Source of the DNA: a virus
DNA length: 64,000 nt
Reading direction: 5' to 3' (one strand)
IMG/VR virus record: IMGVR_UViG_3300046170_000446
Span: 41,118 to 105,117 of that record
Shown here: piece after piece, positions 9,632 to 18,350 of the stretch
Layout of the letters: the number at the start of each line of letters is the position of its first letter
Position numbering within the stretch: position 1 is the first letter of the stretch
Notes under the pieces: model-generated
What the model was told of the DNA's origin: nothing
The model's input: the letters and a program-made list of their open reading frames with translations, nothing else
Database searches by the model: none
Made by a program: the position numbers and the translations under genes

Positions 9632-9861
9632 ATAACTGATTTCTCTACACTAGAAGTCTCTAAGAGAGTGTCTACTTTTTCAATTTCTTCAGAGCTGAAG
9701 TATTTAGTCGAGCGCATGACGGCTTCTGTGGTCAACTCTAAAAGCCCGTACTTTGTCTTCAAATACTGACCTCCGACAATCACGCACTCAGTACCTTTAG
9801 GTAAGACTACGTACTCTACGCTACCTTTCTTCCTCAGCGCCACTGCTTCCTTCACCCACAT
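9622..9861 (-). CDS. Hypothetical protein
   Basis: GGAGG SD; co-oriented with neighbours; its stop overlaps the tRNA 5' end. Confidence 0.5.
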   Translation of the reverse strand: MWVKEAVALRKKGSVEYVVLPKGTECVIVGGQYLKTKYGLLELTTEAVMRSTKYFSSEEIEKVDTLLETSSVEKSVMGS

Positions 9862-10225
9862 CTTCTACCTCCTCCAAAAACACATCTAAATCTTCACGAG
9901 ATACGTAAATAGGATAACCCGCTCCTAGAGAGCCCTCGATATTGTAATAGTAATACTCAAGAGCTTCTTCATACGCGGTGTCTTCAGACTCCCCGTAAGT
10001 AGGGTCACTTAGCCAAGACTTAGCGAGTATATCTATTATCCTATCCTTATCGTAGACAGCTACCCTGTACCCATTAACGTGAGACATTCCTACTAGGGCG
10101 CTGTCGTACATTTTTCTTGGTAAAAAAACAACATTATCGCCGTCGTAATCTAATAGCTCAGGGGTGGGGCGCGCGCTCTGAGACTCAGGGGCATTCATCT
10201 TCTTTATGACCTCAAGACACCACAT
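9821..10225 (-). CDS. Conserved-looking phage hypothetical protein
   Basis: DSALVG..VAVYD...EEALEYYYYNIEG..G..YPIY pattern that I recognise from phage proteins of unknown function. Confidence 0.65.
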   Translation of the reverse strand: MWCLEVIKKMNAPESQSARPTPELLDYDGDNVVFLPRKMYDSALVGMSHVNGYRVAVYDKDRIIDILAKSWLSDPTYGESEDTAYEEALEYYYYNIEGSLGAGYPIYVSREDLDVFLEEVEDVGEGSSGAEEER

Positions 10226-10248
10226 AGTGCTTATCCTTTGCGTAAGAA

Positions 10249-10320
10249 TGGGTCGTCAGGGACTCGAACCCTGAACCAATGGATTAAAAGTCCACTGCTC
10301 TACCATTGAGCTAACAACCC
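10249..10320 (-). tRNA. tRNA-Lys(UUU)
   Basis: GGGTTGT/ACGACCC+A, anticodon arm GTGGA-CTTTTAA-TCCAT, GGTTCGAGTCC. Confidence 0.93.
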
Positions 10321-10332
10321 AAAAGGGCTTTC

Positions 10333-10361
10333 AGTTAATGCCCTGAAGTGTATCCTGTCAA
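10333..10361 (-). promoter_or_regulatory. Sigma70-like promoter for tRNA-Lys
   Basis: TTGACA-17 bp-TTAACT, ending 12 nt before the tRNA. Confidence 0.6.
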
Positions 10362-10455
10362 GACGTTACTTTAAAACGTGATAAAGTATCGTGCTTACGG
10401 TCAAGATGTAAAAAAACACGGAGATGTTAGGCAGTATCTGTTCAGCAGGCATCTC

Positions 10456-10713
10456 TCAATAGTCCTCAAAGCCCTTAGCTTGAAGATTAGACACCTTCAC
10501 GTCTTGAGAAGAAGCGACCTCTGAAAACACCTCTTCGGCGCTCTCCCTTGACTTACACGACAAAGACATTCCGAAAAGAAATTCTTCACCGTTACCGTAA
10601 ACATCAATGAAGCAGGTGTTATTGGGAGTTGTTGTTAAAGTAACCGCTACCTCTGTACACCTCTCACCCCACGCAACGTCCGTAGTAGGAGCGGTCTGCT
10701 TCTTAACTATCAT
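10456..10713 (-). CDS. Hypothetical protein
   Basis: AGGAG SD, 85 aa ORF. Confidence 0.6.
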   Translation of the reverse strand: MIVKKQTAPTTDVAWGERCTEVAVTLTTTPNNTCFIDVYGNGEEFLFGMSLSCKSRESAEEVFSEVASSQDVKVSNLQAKGFEDY

Positions 10714-10852
10714 TTGATCTCCTAATTTTCTTTACTACTCGCTCTAAGATTATAACAAGCCTTGAAGACACTCGATGTATTTGAACACCTAACAATACAA
10801 ACCCTGCACTGGATAACATAGCAAAGAGCGCGTCGAGGTCTACACCGTCCAC
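10703..10852 (-). CDS. Small hydrophobic hypothetical protein
   Basis: GTG start after AAGGAG just downstream of tRNA-Arg. The longer ORF in the track runs through the tRNA. Confidence 0.45.
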   Translation of the reverse strand: MDGVDLDALFAMLSSAGFVLLGVQIHRVSSRLVIILERVVKKIRRSNDS

Positions 10853-10869
10853 TTTTAGGGCTCCTTTTA

Positions 10870-10941
10870 CGCGCCTGGCAGGGGTCGAACCTGCGACCAA
10901 TGGCTTAGAAGGCCACTGCTCTTCCACTGAGCTACAAACGC
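10870..10941 (-). tRNA. tRNA-Arg(UCU)
   Basis: GCGTTTG/CAGGCGC+G, anticodon arm GTGGC-CTTCTAA-GCCAT, GGTTCGACCCC. Confidence 0.92.
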
Positions 10942-10986
10942 CTAGAGTTAGATTAAAGCACCGCCTTAAGCCATGCTCCGTAAACA

Positions 10987-11014
10987 TCTATACCACCCCG
11001 ACCAAGACCGTCAA
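10987..11014 (-). promoter_or_regulatory. Sigma70-like promoter for the tRNA-Arg operon
   Basis: TTGACG-16 bp-TATAGA with an extended -10 TG. Confidence 0.55.
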
Positions 11015-11024
11015 CCCTAATCGC

Positions 11025-12263
11025 TTAAATCTTACGCACCCTGCCTCTCTTGTCTACAAGGTAAGGCTGATCCTTCAAATAAATCATATCTAGCGTTACG
11101 TCTAAGAAACGATAACCTTGAGTGAAACGATTGTAGGGGAAGCGCCCTCTTACTCGCCCTTTCCTGTAAGGGAAGCCTTTAACCACTCTAAAACAAGCCG
11201 TAACAGCCTCTCCCTCAAGTGGAAGCCCATCCTCTTCACTTACTTTGAGGAACGTGCGAGAAACAACAGGACGGCGACCACTCTTAGTAATCTTAGGCTT
11301 GCCTAAATTGAAGAACCTCAAGCTACCTGGGATCTCTTTAAACGATCCAAAGAGAGTTGGGTTCTTTATCTCAAGACCTTTATGCTTAAGTGAATAGGTG
11401 CTCAGACGGCTTGGGAAACAGAACAGCTTAGAGGGGAGAGCTTTCCGCTGTCTCTTCATATCGCTTAGAAGAGCTTTGTGCTCTCGACTCTTCCTAAAAG
11501 TCTTCCTTTGTAGAGGAGTCATAGGCTTGGTAAGGAACTGTTTTCTGCTCACAGCATCTAGTTTACGGAAGTCACGTAAGCCTTTAAAGAAACACCTAGC
11601 CTTCTCGTAAGAGTAATATCTTGAAGAGAGGTAGGTGGTGTGGGATGCGCAAGAGGGTAGGTATTTGAGAAAATTAAGATCAGAAGAATACCTCGACTCC
11701 TTAAAGACCTGAGCCGACTCAGGGATCGTGAGCTTTATAATACCGCTCTCTTGGTTAATCTCTACTTGTGCGTGCTCAATCCTGTCGGAGATTAAGGTAG
11801 GGAATACGATCTCCCAACGAGCTATCGTAGGTACAGAACGGCTTAAAACCCTCTGTCTAATATCTTTAAAGCTCCCTGCCCGTAAAAGTGGGGTAGACTC
11901 TCCCTCGTATAAGATAGGGACTATTCCGCTTAAGACTTGGAAGTACCTCTCTGCCGTTAAATCTTTAGGCTCTGAGGGTATTTCTTCCCTGTAGGGCTCT
12001 AAGCGCCTCCCGTCTTCGTAAGTGGTAGCCTCTAACCTAACAAATAGATAAACGGAGATCGCCACCCGATTAAGATTACTTGATACCTTAATCTTGTATT
12101 TGACTGTAAAGAGGCGCTCTTCAAAGTAATCCTCGGAAGGTGATTTCTCAGTGATTGAAGGCGGGAGGCTTGGGACATGGATGCGTAAAACCTCAGCAGA
12201 AGCGGTGAGTGTTATTACAGACGCCAGCGCCGTTGTAAGGACTAATCTACAATATGGGGACAA
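11025..12263 (-). CDS. Secreted hypothetical protein
   Basis: AGGAGG SD before TTG; signal peptide ending ASA; 412 aa. Confidence 0.65.
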   Translation of the reverse strand: MSPYCRLVLTTALASVITLTASAEVLRIHVPSLPPSITEKSPSEDYFEERLFTVKYKIKVSSNLNRVAISVYLFVRLEATTYEDGRRLEPYREEIPSEPKDLTAERYFQVLSGIVPILYEGESTPLLRAGSFKDIRQRVLSRSVPTIARWEIVFPTLISDRIEHAQVEINQESGIIKLTIPESAQVFKESRYSSDLNFLKYLPSCASHTTYLSSRYYSYEKARCFFKGLRDFRKLDAVSRKQFLTKPMTPLQRKTFRKSREHKALLSDMKRQRKALPSKLFCFPSRLSTYSLKHKGLEIKNPTLFGSFKEIPGSLRFFNLGKPKITKSGRRPVVSRTFLKVSEEDGLPLEGEAVTACFRVVKGFPYRKGRVRGRFPYNRFTQGYRFLDVTLDMIYLKDQPYLVDKRGRVRKI

Positions 12264-12301
12264 AAGATCCCTCCTTTAAGAAAAATGAAAAGAGCCAGAT
12301 T

Positions 12302-12590
12302 TCACTCAAAAGAAGACACGGCTTGAGCTTGCCCGCCTTTCGTGAGCATCAGGCTTTTGATTTTGCATCTGACCTGCTCAGACCTTAAATCACAGAGGTG
12401 GGCGGAAAAGAAAACAATAAAACCCAAACCTGAGAGCACGCCTGCTCCGCGTATACTGCCCACCGAAGCAGAAAAAAAGCACACCTGAGAGGATTAGCCA
12501 GCCCATAGTCTTCAAGGCTAAGCTAGCTCGATCTGCCTTAATCTTCTCTAACATTAGTAGTCTCAAGTTTTCCACGTATTCGGAGCTCAT
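12302..12590 (-). CDS. Two-TM membrane protein; probable +1 insertion in A7 at 12472-12478
   Basis: Removing one base joins ORFs 12390-12590 and 12302-12484 into a 95-aa protein with two TM helices. Confidence 0.5.
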
Positions 12591-12657
12591 CTATCTTTAC
12601 CTTAATCCTTAAGCGCGTTAGGTTGTCTTAACCTGTAAATATCCGAGGCGACAGAGC

Positions 12658-13635
12658 ATGGTCAATATGATTGAGAAGTCTAACCTTAAAACTTTTTTTT
12701 TGAGACTCGTAAAAAGTAAAGGAGGCTTCGTGTGTCACCACGCGCACCTAGACAAAGCCTACTTGGTGACGCCCTATAACCTCAAACTGTCTCAAAACAG
12801 CCTGCAAGAAAAGTGGAATATCTACAGAGAGCTCAAATTTCGCTATACCGAAAACTCTCTTGTAAGCAGGATGGAGATGGGTATCGCCTCTCTTAAAGAG
12901 CAGGGAGTCACCAAATGCAGAACCTTCATTGACGCAGACCCTATCGTCGGGCTCACACCAATGAAAGTAGCTCAAAAATTGAAGGAAAAACACGCTAAAG
13001 AAGGTTTTGACCTCCAACTCGCCGTACAGCCTTTGGAAGGTGTCGTACAGCCTGAAGCGCGGAGAATATTTACAGAGGCTTGCGAGATAGCCGATGTGGT
13101 AGGTGGACTCCCCGATAGAGACGAGTCTCCCTCTTTACACATGGACATCATTTTATCCATAGCTAAAGAAATGTCGAAACCCGTAGACGTACACGTAGGG
13201 CAAAACAACATTCCGTCAGAGAAGGAGTCCGAGATGGTGGCGGATAAAGTCTCTGAGTATGGTTTAGAAGGTGAGGTTAATCTCGTCCACGCTATTTCTT
13301 TAGCCTGCCAGCAGAAGAGTGATCGGGAGCGCGTGATCTCTAAGATTAGAGACGCGGGTATAGGTGTCATAGTGTGTCCGAGCGCCGCTTTAAGCATGAA
13401 GCAACAGAGCGACCTGACCGCGCCCATCCACAACTCTATAGCTCCCGTGATGGAGTTAATCGAAGGGGGAGTAGACGTAATGTTAGGAGTGGATAACATC
13501 GCTGACTTATTCATGCCTCTAGTCGATGGTGACTTGTGGTTTGAGAGCCGTATCTTAATGGAGGCTATTCGATGTTATGATTTGGAGCTCATCTCAAATA
13601 TTGTGTCTAATCCGCGAGGCTTCTCAACTACGTAG
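12658..13635 (+). CDS. Metal-dependent amidohydrolase, cytosine/creatinine deaminase-like
   Basis: Metal-ligand motifs HAHLDKA, DVHV, LVHAISL, VCPSA and LGVDN. Confidence 0.85.
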   Translation: MVNMIEKSNLKTFFLRLVKSKGGFVCHHAHLDKAYLVTPYNLKLSQNSLQEKWNIYRELKFRYTENSLVSRMEMGIASLKEQGVTKCRTFIDADPIVGLTPMKVAQKLKEKHAKEGFDLQLAVQPLEGVVQPEARRIFTEACEIADVVGGLPDRDESPSLHMDIILSIAKEMSKPVDVHVGQNNIPSEKESEMVADKVSEYGLEGEVNLVHAISLACQQKSDRERVISKIRDAGIGVIVCPSAALSMKQQSDLTAPIHNSIAPVMELIEGGVDVMLGVDNIADLFMPLVDGDLWFESRILMEAIRCYDLELISNIVSNPRGFSTT

Positions 13636-13715
13636 CTCACGTCGAAAAAACGATCAGGTTTTCTCCCTCTATCCTCTAGTTGAAAATACGAGTGAAGGCT
13701 GGAGAGGGTAGGGAC

Positions 13716-14117
13716 ATGAGCATAACTGACTATATCAACTTCTTATACAGAGGATTTATCCACTGCTGTCAAAGAAAAAGCTCTCTTCATGAGAGCTTTA
13801 AGATTATGTGGCTTTTCTTAGACTGTTGGTTTACAGGCCACCTTGAAGACTTCGTAGACGTGTGCTCTGAGAACCTTGTTTTCGGCTTAAAAGACATCAG
13901 ACCGTTACCCAAAGTCGATGACCTTCAGGACTTTGCCATAATTCTATGTTGGAACAGATCTTGTACTCTTTGGTTTTGTCCGAATACAAGATTAACCACT
14001 GTTAAAGAGGGATCAGAGGCGCTAATCCGCCATTGGGAATGGAAGATCGCGAGCGGTGACTTAGAGGTGGTCGAGATAGACCCTCTTATTGTTCAGGATA
14101 TCCTTAACCCTGAATAA
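13716..14117 (+). CDS. Hypothetical protein
   Basis: ORF with a purine-rich SD-like sequence before ATG 13716. Confidence 0.5.
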   Translation: MSITDYINFLYRGFIHCCQRKSSLHESFKIMWLFLDCWFTGHLEDFVDVCSENLVFGLKDIRPLPKVDDLQDFAIILCWNRSCTLWFCPNTRLTTVKEGSEALIRHWEWKIASGDLEVVEIDPLIVQDILNPE

Positions 14118-14346
14118 CCCAATCAGGCTTCTCGCGCTCTCCGAGCTTGACTCCTCGACCCCAAGCGTAACCTTCTTTGAAGGCAACCGCTTTGTCGCTC
14201 AAGTCGCTTTCTTCGTACTTATCTTGCTCACTCAAGGTGTAGCCCCAAATGTAGCCTTGCTGGAAAGCGAGAGGGTCTTTAGAGGGTAGCTCTCCCATGT
14301 TCATGCGGAGTATCTGAGGTGTATTTGACGTTTTCATCATTGGCAT
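14104..14346 (-). CDS. Hypothetical protein
   Basis: Follows recA; two AFxxGYxWG repeats. Confidence 0.55.
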   Translation of the reverse strand: MPMMKTSNTPQILRMNMGELPSKDPLAFQQGYIWGYTLSEQDKYEESDLSDKAVAFKEGYAWGRGVKLGEREKPDWVIQG

Positions 14347-14366
14347 GGCGAGTGCTCCCGTTAGTC

Positions 14367-15545
14367 TTAGTCATCCTCTAATCCGTCGAGAATAGACGGA
14401 TCAGCGCCCTCGTCGGGTTCGACCTCTCCGTCTCCAAACTGTTGAGTAAGTAACGGAGAGATGTGACTAAACAAAGTGTCGCTCAAACCTTTCTCATCAA
14501 TCGCAGAGCGGAAAGCCGCGTAACCACAGCATTTGATCTCCTCCCCATCAGGAGTCACCCACGTATACCACGCGCCTTTCTTGCTGATAACATTATAGTT
14601 AGTGCCTACCTCGATGATAGAGCGCACGTCATCAATCCCGCTCCCATGCGAAAGCCAATACTTCATCTCATGGAACACGGATGAGCTGACTTTACACTTA
14701 TCGAGCTTCGCAATGACATTAGTAGCTGTTACTTGCTCCTCAGCCTTACCTAAAAGAGGGTTGAACATCTTCGCCCGCTCTTTACCTGCGACACGTAAGC
14801 CCATACGGACACAAGAATAATACTGCCAAGCCTTACCTCCCTGCACTTCCGTAGTCGGCCCCATACCCATACCACCAATCTTAGAACGGAGTTGAGAGAT
14901 CGCGATGACCGCTGTACCGCTCTTTGTGATAAGGCGCTTGAAGCGAGGGAGGAAGTTAGACCACTTTGAAGCGAGCAAGCCGATGCGACCCTGCTGACCA
15001 ATTTCTTCGTCTTTGGCACGAAACCATTGCTCAGGCACACCCGCGCCTACAGAGTCGATAACAATAAGACTTACACCAGCTTTCGCATAAGCCCACATCA
15101 GGCGGAAACCCTCTTCAAGGGTATCAGGTTGATCAAGGATGAAATGGTTCTCGTCTGCGATAGGGATACCGATAGCCGCCGCATAAGAAGGATCAACCTC
15201 GTTCTCAAAGTCGATATAAGCGCAAGCCTCTCCCATGCGGATTACAGAAGCGCAGGCTTCAAGTGCCGCTGTAGTCTTACCTGCGCCTGGATTGCCGTAA
15301 ACATTAGAGATACGACCGCGAGGCCAACCTGGACATGGAGGCACACCAAACTGATTAGGACGACCGCCGATGAGGTAGTCTAATATTACGCTCCCTGTAG
15401 GGATATGGGGCGCTGGCTCTCTTAAAAGATCGTCGTTGAGAGGTACTTTAGAGTCCTCGTAGTTCTTACCCAACGACTTTTTGAGCCCTTCGCGAGCTTT
15501 TTGGATGGGAGAGATAGGCTTACTTTCTGTCTTCTTTTTTGGCAT
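14367..15545 (-). CDS. recA: RecA/UvsX recombinase
   Basis: IPTGS..LD, GWPRGRI, GNPGAGKTT, YIDFEN, IVIDSV, ISQLRSKIG, GGKAWQYY and KKGAWY. Confidence 0.93.
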   Translation of the reverse strand: MPKKKTESKPISPIQKAREGLKKSLGKNYEDSKVPLNDDLLREPAPHIPTGSVILDYLIGGRPNQFGVPPCPGWPRGRISNVYGNPGAGKTTAALEACASVIRMGEACAYIDFENEVDPSYAAAIGIPIADENHFILDQPDTLEEGFRLMWAYAKAGVSLIVIDSVGAGVPEQWFRAKDEEIGQQGRIGLLASKWSNFLPRFKRLITKSGTAVIAISQLRSKIGGMGMGPTTEVQGGKAWQYYSCVRMGLRVAGKERAKMFNPLLGKAEEQVTATNVIAKLDKCKVSSSVFHEMKYWLSHGSGIDDVRSIIEVGTNYNVISKKGAWYTWVTPDGEEIKCCGYAAFRSAIDEKGLSDTLFSHISPLLTQQFGDGEVEPDEGADPSILDGLEDD

Positions 15546-16198
15546 TACACATCGCCTTCATCATTAGACCAAAGGAAGAAACGATCCTCTTCTCTGTGGA
15601 TCAGACCGCTCTTGACTGTTTGACCTGCTCTCTTACCGCGAGAGAAGGTGTGTTCTCTACAGAACATTTTTTTCTCGACCTCACTGAGATCGTCTGCTGT
15701 TAATACACTATCTAGATGTAAAAAGAACCGCCCCGCTGAACGAGCGACCAAGTAGGCATCTGCTTCATTGTGGTTCCAGCGAGCTTTTGTGTTGGTATCT
15801 TTCTTCGCTGTATCCACCATATCAGCCTTCAACATCTTCCATCCTTTCGGTCTACCCAAGGACTCTCTCGCTAGAGCTTTGACTTGCGGGGGGGTGAAGA
15901 AAACAACATCGGCCTTAGACTCATACAGTGCCTCACACGAATAGAGAAAGAGCCCATACATACCCTCAGACCACAGGGCGTTAAAGATCGGGTACTCGAT
16001 ACCAACCCGATCAACATTGTGCTCTGTAATCAGCGAAATGAGGCGTTGTCGCATCTCCATATAACGCGTAACGAAGAGTTGCTTCTTCTTTGTTTGCCAC
16101 CTCCCTCTAGCGACACACCTACCAGCTTCCTTAGCTTCCGTATCGTGTACCGCCCAACCGAAGTTGGTTAAGGAGGGGTCTAATCCTAACACTCTCAT
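15545..16198 (-). CDS. ruvC: RuvC-like Holliday junction resolvase
   Basis: Acidic catalytic pattern MRVLGLDPSLTNFGWAV, VGIE, PPQVK, HNEADA. Confidence 0.85.
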   Translation of the reverse strand: MRVLGLDPSLTNFGWAVHDTEAKEAGRCVARGRWQTKKKQLFVTRYMEMRQRLISLITEHNVDRVGIEYPIFNALWSEGMYGLFLYSCEALYESKADVVFFTPPQVKALARESLGRPKGWKMLKADMVDTAKKDTNTKARWNHNEADAYLVARSAGRFFLHLDSVLTADDLSEVEKKMFCREHTFSRGKRAGQTVKSGLIHREEDRFFLWSNDEGDV

Positions 16199-16298
16199 AA
16201 AAACCTTTCTTACATACGAAGAAGGGGGATGAGCCCATCGTGAGCCCACCCCCCTTTTAATCTAAAACCTTAGTGCCTGCTCTTAATCTTAAAGACTA

Positions 16299-17018
16299 TC
16301 AGTCATCGTCTAAGATGTCTCCGAGCATATCATCAATCTCGCCTGAAGAAGCGCCGACGCTACCAGTAGGATTAGCGACCTCAAGACCGAGCTTCTCCTT
16401 GAACTGATCAAGCGTATAGTCATTAGCGAGAGTGTTGTTGATGTTCTCAACGACGTTCTGAGCCTTCGTGATCACGTCCTTAGCGATTGAGCTGTCCTTG
16501 CTCAAGAGCGTAGCGAAAAGATTATCGCGAGTGATCGAAAAGTCCATCTTCTGAAACTGCGTGTCGGTACAAGCGATGGTGAGATCATGCTCAGAGAGAG
16601 GCCACTCTTGGTGCTTGCGAAGGATTGACTTTACCTTGTCCTCGGAGAAGACCCAAGGCATGACCTTGTACTCACCGTTAGCGAGCGCAGTCTTGTCAGG
16701 GCGACCGTCCTTGAGAGGCCAAGAGACGATCACAGTGCCGATTGCGAGACGAGCCTTCTTCACCTTAGGATCAACTTGCTGTGCAACACGGAGAAACTCA
16801 GGCCCCTTGTCGAGCACATAACCAGCGCCCTGCACATACATACGGTGGCAAGAAGCGAACTGAGGAGAATTCTCCATGAGAGGAGTACCGTCTTCGATGC
16901 CCTTCCACCAAAGGAAAGAAACGCGGTACTCCTTGCCCTCCTCGCCTTTAAAGCGATCTGACTTGTAAGAGCTAGGCACTGAGCCTGGGTTGTCGAGTGT
17001 GAATGTCGAGAATGACAT
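16299..17018 (-). CDS. Putative single-stranded DNA-binding protein
   Basis: DLTIACTDTQFQK, aromatic/basic core, acidic tail (DDMLGDILDDD); lies within the recombination operon. Confidence 0.6.
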   Translation of the reverse strand: MSFSTFTLDNPGSVPSSYKSDRFKGEEGKEYRVSFLWWKGIEDGTPLMENSPQFASCHRMYVQGAGYVLDKGPEFLRVAQQVDPKVKKARLAIGTVIVSWPLKDGRPDKTALANGEYKVMPWVFSEDKVKSILRKHQEWPLSEHDLTIACTDTQFQKMDFSITRDNLFATLLSKDSSIAKDVITKAQNVVENINNTLANDYTLDQFKEKLGLEVANPTGSVGASSGEIDDMLGDILDDD

Positions 17019-17144
17019 AATGTAAACCTCCGAAAGGGGGGTGTGTGGTTAATGAGTGGGTTTTTAGGCTTGGGTCGAAAGTGACAAAAGAAAGAAACTA
17101 GCCTCCCACGTCTCATATACACTTTGACGTGAGAATGTTGACCA

Positions 17145-17903
17145 TTAAAAATCAAAATCTTCTAAAATGTCGTCCAAGTCGAAGTTTGAGAAGTTGTTAG
17201 AGTTAGGGAGCACCTCAGCCTTTTGAGGCTCGCTACCACAAAAGGCTTCTGCGCTATCGTCTTTGTTTGGAGCCTCTTCTATCATGTCAGAGGTCATCAA
17301 ATGAGGCTCAGTAAAGATAGGGAGAGGGATCTCTGCCCTCCCCTCCTGCGACGGGCTTTTCTTCACAAAGCCACTAACGATAGCTTGGTTCTTGCCTGGG
17401 ATCAGCTCTACAGCTTGAGCTTCAAGATTACCCCACTTAGTGCCGAGGTTAATCTCTTCCTGTATGAGCTTAATCTGATCTCTCAAGCGCCCTTGTATGT
17501 CCTTAAGGTCAGAACGCTTAGCTTTGATGACCGTCAAACAAGCCTCCACCTCTTCGATAAAGAGGGTAAGATCATTAATCTTACGGTGCTCTACCTCTAG
17601 CTTCATCGTAGCGATAGCTTCACGGTCTTTAAGGTTACGACCAGCTCTGACCTCAGGGTCATTGGCGAGTAAGTGCTTCATCTGAAGGCTAAAGTCAGCC
17701 TCAGCTAGTCTGCTCTCTCGCTTCACTCTTGAGAGCTCTTGAGACAAGTCTAAGAAAATAGACTCGCATTTTGAAAGCTGAGCCCTACTCTCAGCAACCT
17801 TACCGTTAAGGCGCTTCGGGCCGTATTGAATAGGGTCAGGGTCTAACGGCACGTCCATGACGCGGAGCGCGTCGTAGATGCCGTCAAAGTCAATCGTTGT
17901 CAT
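17145..17903 (-). CDS. Coiled-coil protein, possible UvsY-like recombination mediator
   Basis: Long helical region (ANDPEVRAGRNLKDREA...KRSDLKD), acidic tail, next to the SSB and RecA genes. Confidence 0.45.
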   Translation of the reverse strand: MTTIDFDGIYDALRVMDVPLDPDPIQYGPKRLNGKVAESRAQLSKCESIFLDLSQELSRVKRESRLAEADFSLQMKHLLANDPEVRAGRNLKDREAIATMKLEVEHRKINDLTLFIEEVEACLTVIKAKRSDLKDIQGRLRDQIKLIQEEINLGTKWGNLEAQAVELIPGKNQAIVSGFVKKSPSQEGRAEIPLPIFTEPHLMTSDMIEEAPNKDDSAEAFCGSEPQKAEVLPNSNNFSNFDLDDILEDFDF

Positions 17904-18286
17904 TTTTTCAATGCCTCCAAAATAAGTTGGTCGTAGTTAGCTTTAATCTGTCGGACTGCTTGCTGGTAGTGCTCAGAAGAAATCGAACCACCCGATACCG
18001 CGTGCTCATAAGCGGCGAGGTCTGCCTCCCTAGCGACAATCTTAGAAGCGATAACAGCCTCTTTCATGGTCATCGCGTTTAAGGACTGTGCCTCATCTAT
18101 GTCACCGACATTCTCAAGATCATGCGTACCGTCATCTTGAATGGTGTCCCAAGACGCAGAAAAGCCAACGTAGCTGTCGCCCCCTCGACCTTTGACGGAT
18201 CGGGTGCAGACCACCTTGGTAATACGGATCTTCTTTTTAATATCACGCAGTCTTGCGCGGATCGCTTGAAGCTCTTTGTCTTCCAT
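17900..18286 (-). CDS. Hypothetical protein
   Basis: AAGGAGG SD before MEDKELQ; translationally coupled to the next gene. Confidence 0.65.
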   Translation of the reverse strand: MEDKELQAIRARLRDIKKKIRITKVVCTRSVKGRGGDSYVGFSASWDTIQDDGTHDLENVGDIDEAQSLNAMTMKEAVIASKIVAREADLAAYEHAVSGGSISSEHYQQAVRQIKANYDQLILEALKK

Positions 18287-18350
18287 CTTGCCCTCCTTTG
18301 TGGCGGTTGAAAGGTTCAAGAGCTATACACTTTTAAGTCTCCTCAGAGTC

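Noticed and set aside
10703-10987. 94-aa ORF from the track
   Set aside because: Its 5' half is the tRNA-Arg gene; a GTG start at 10852 with an SD is more plausible.
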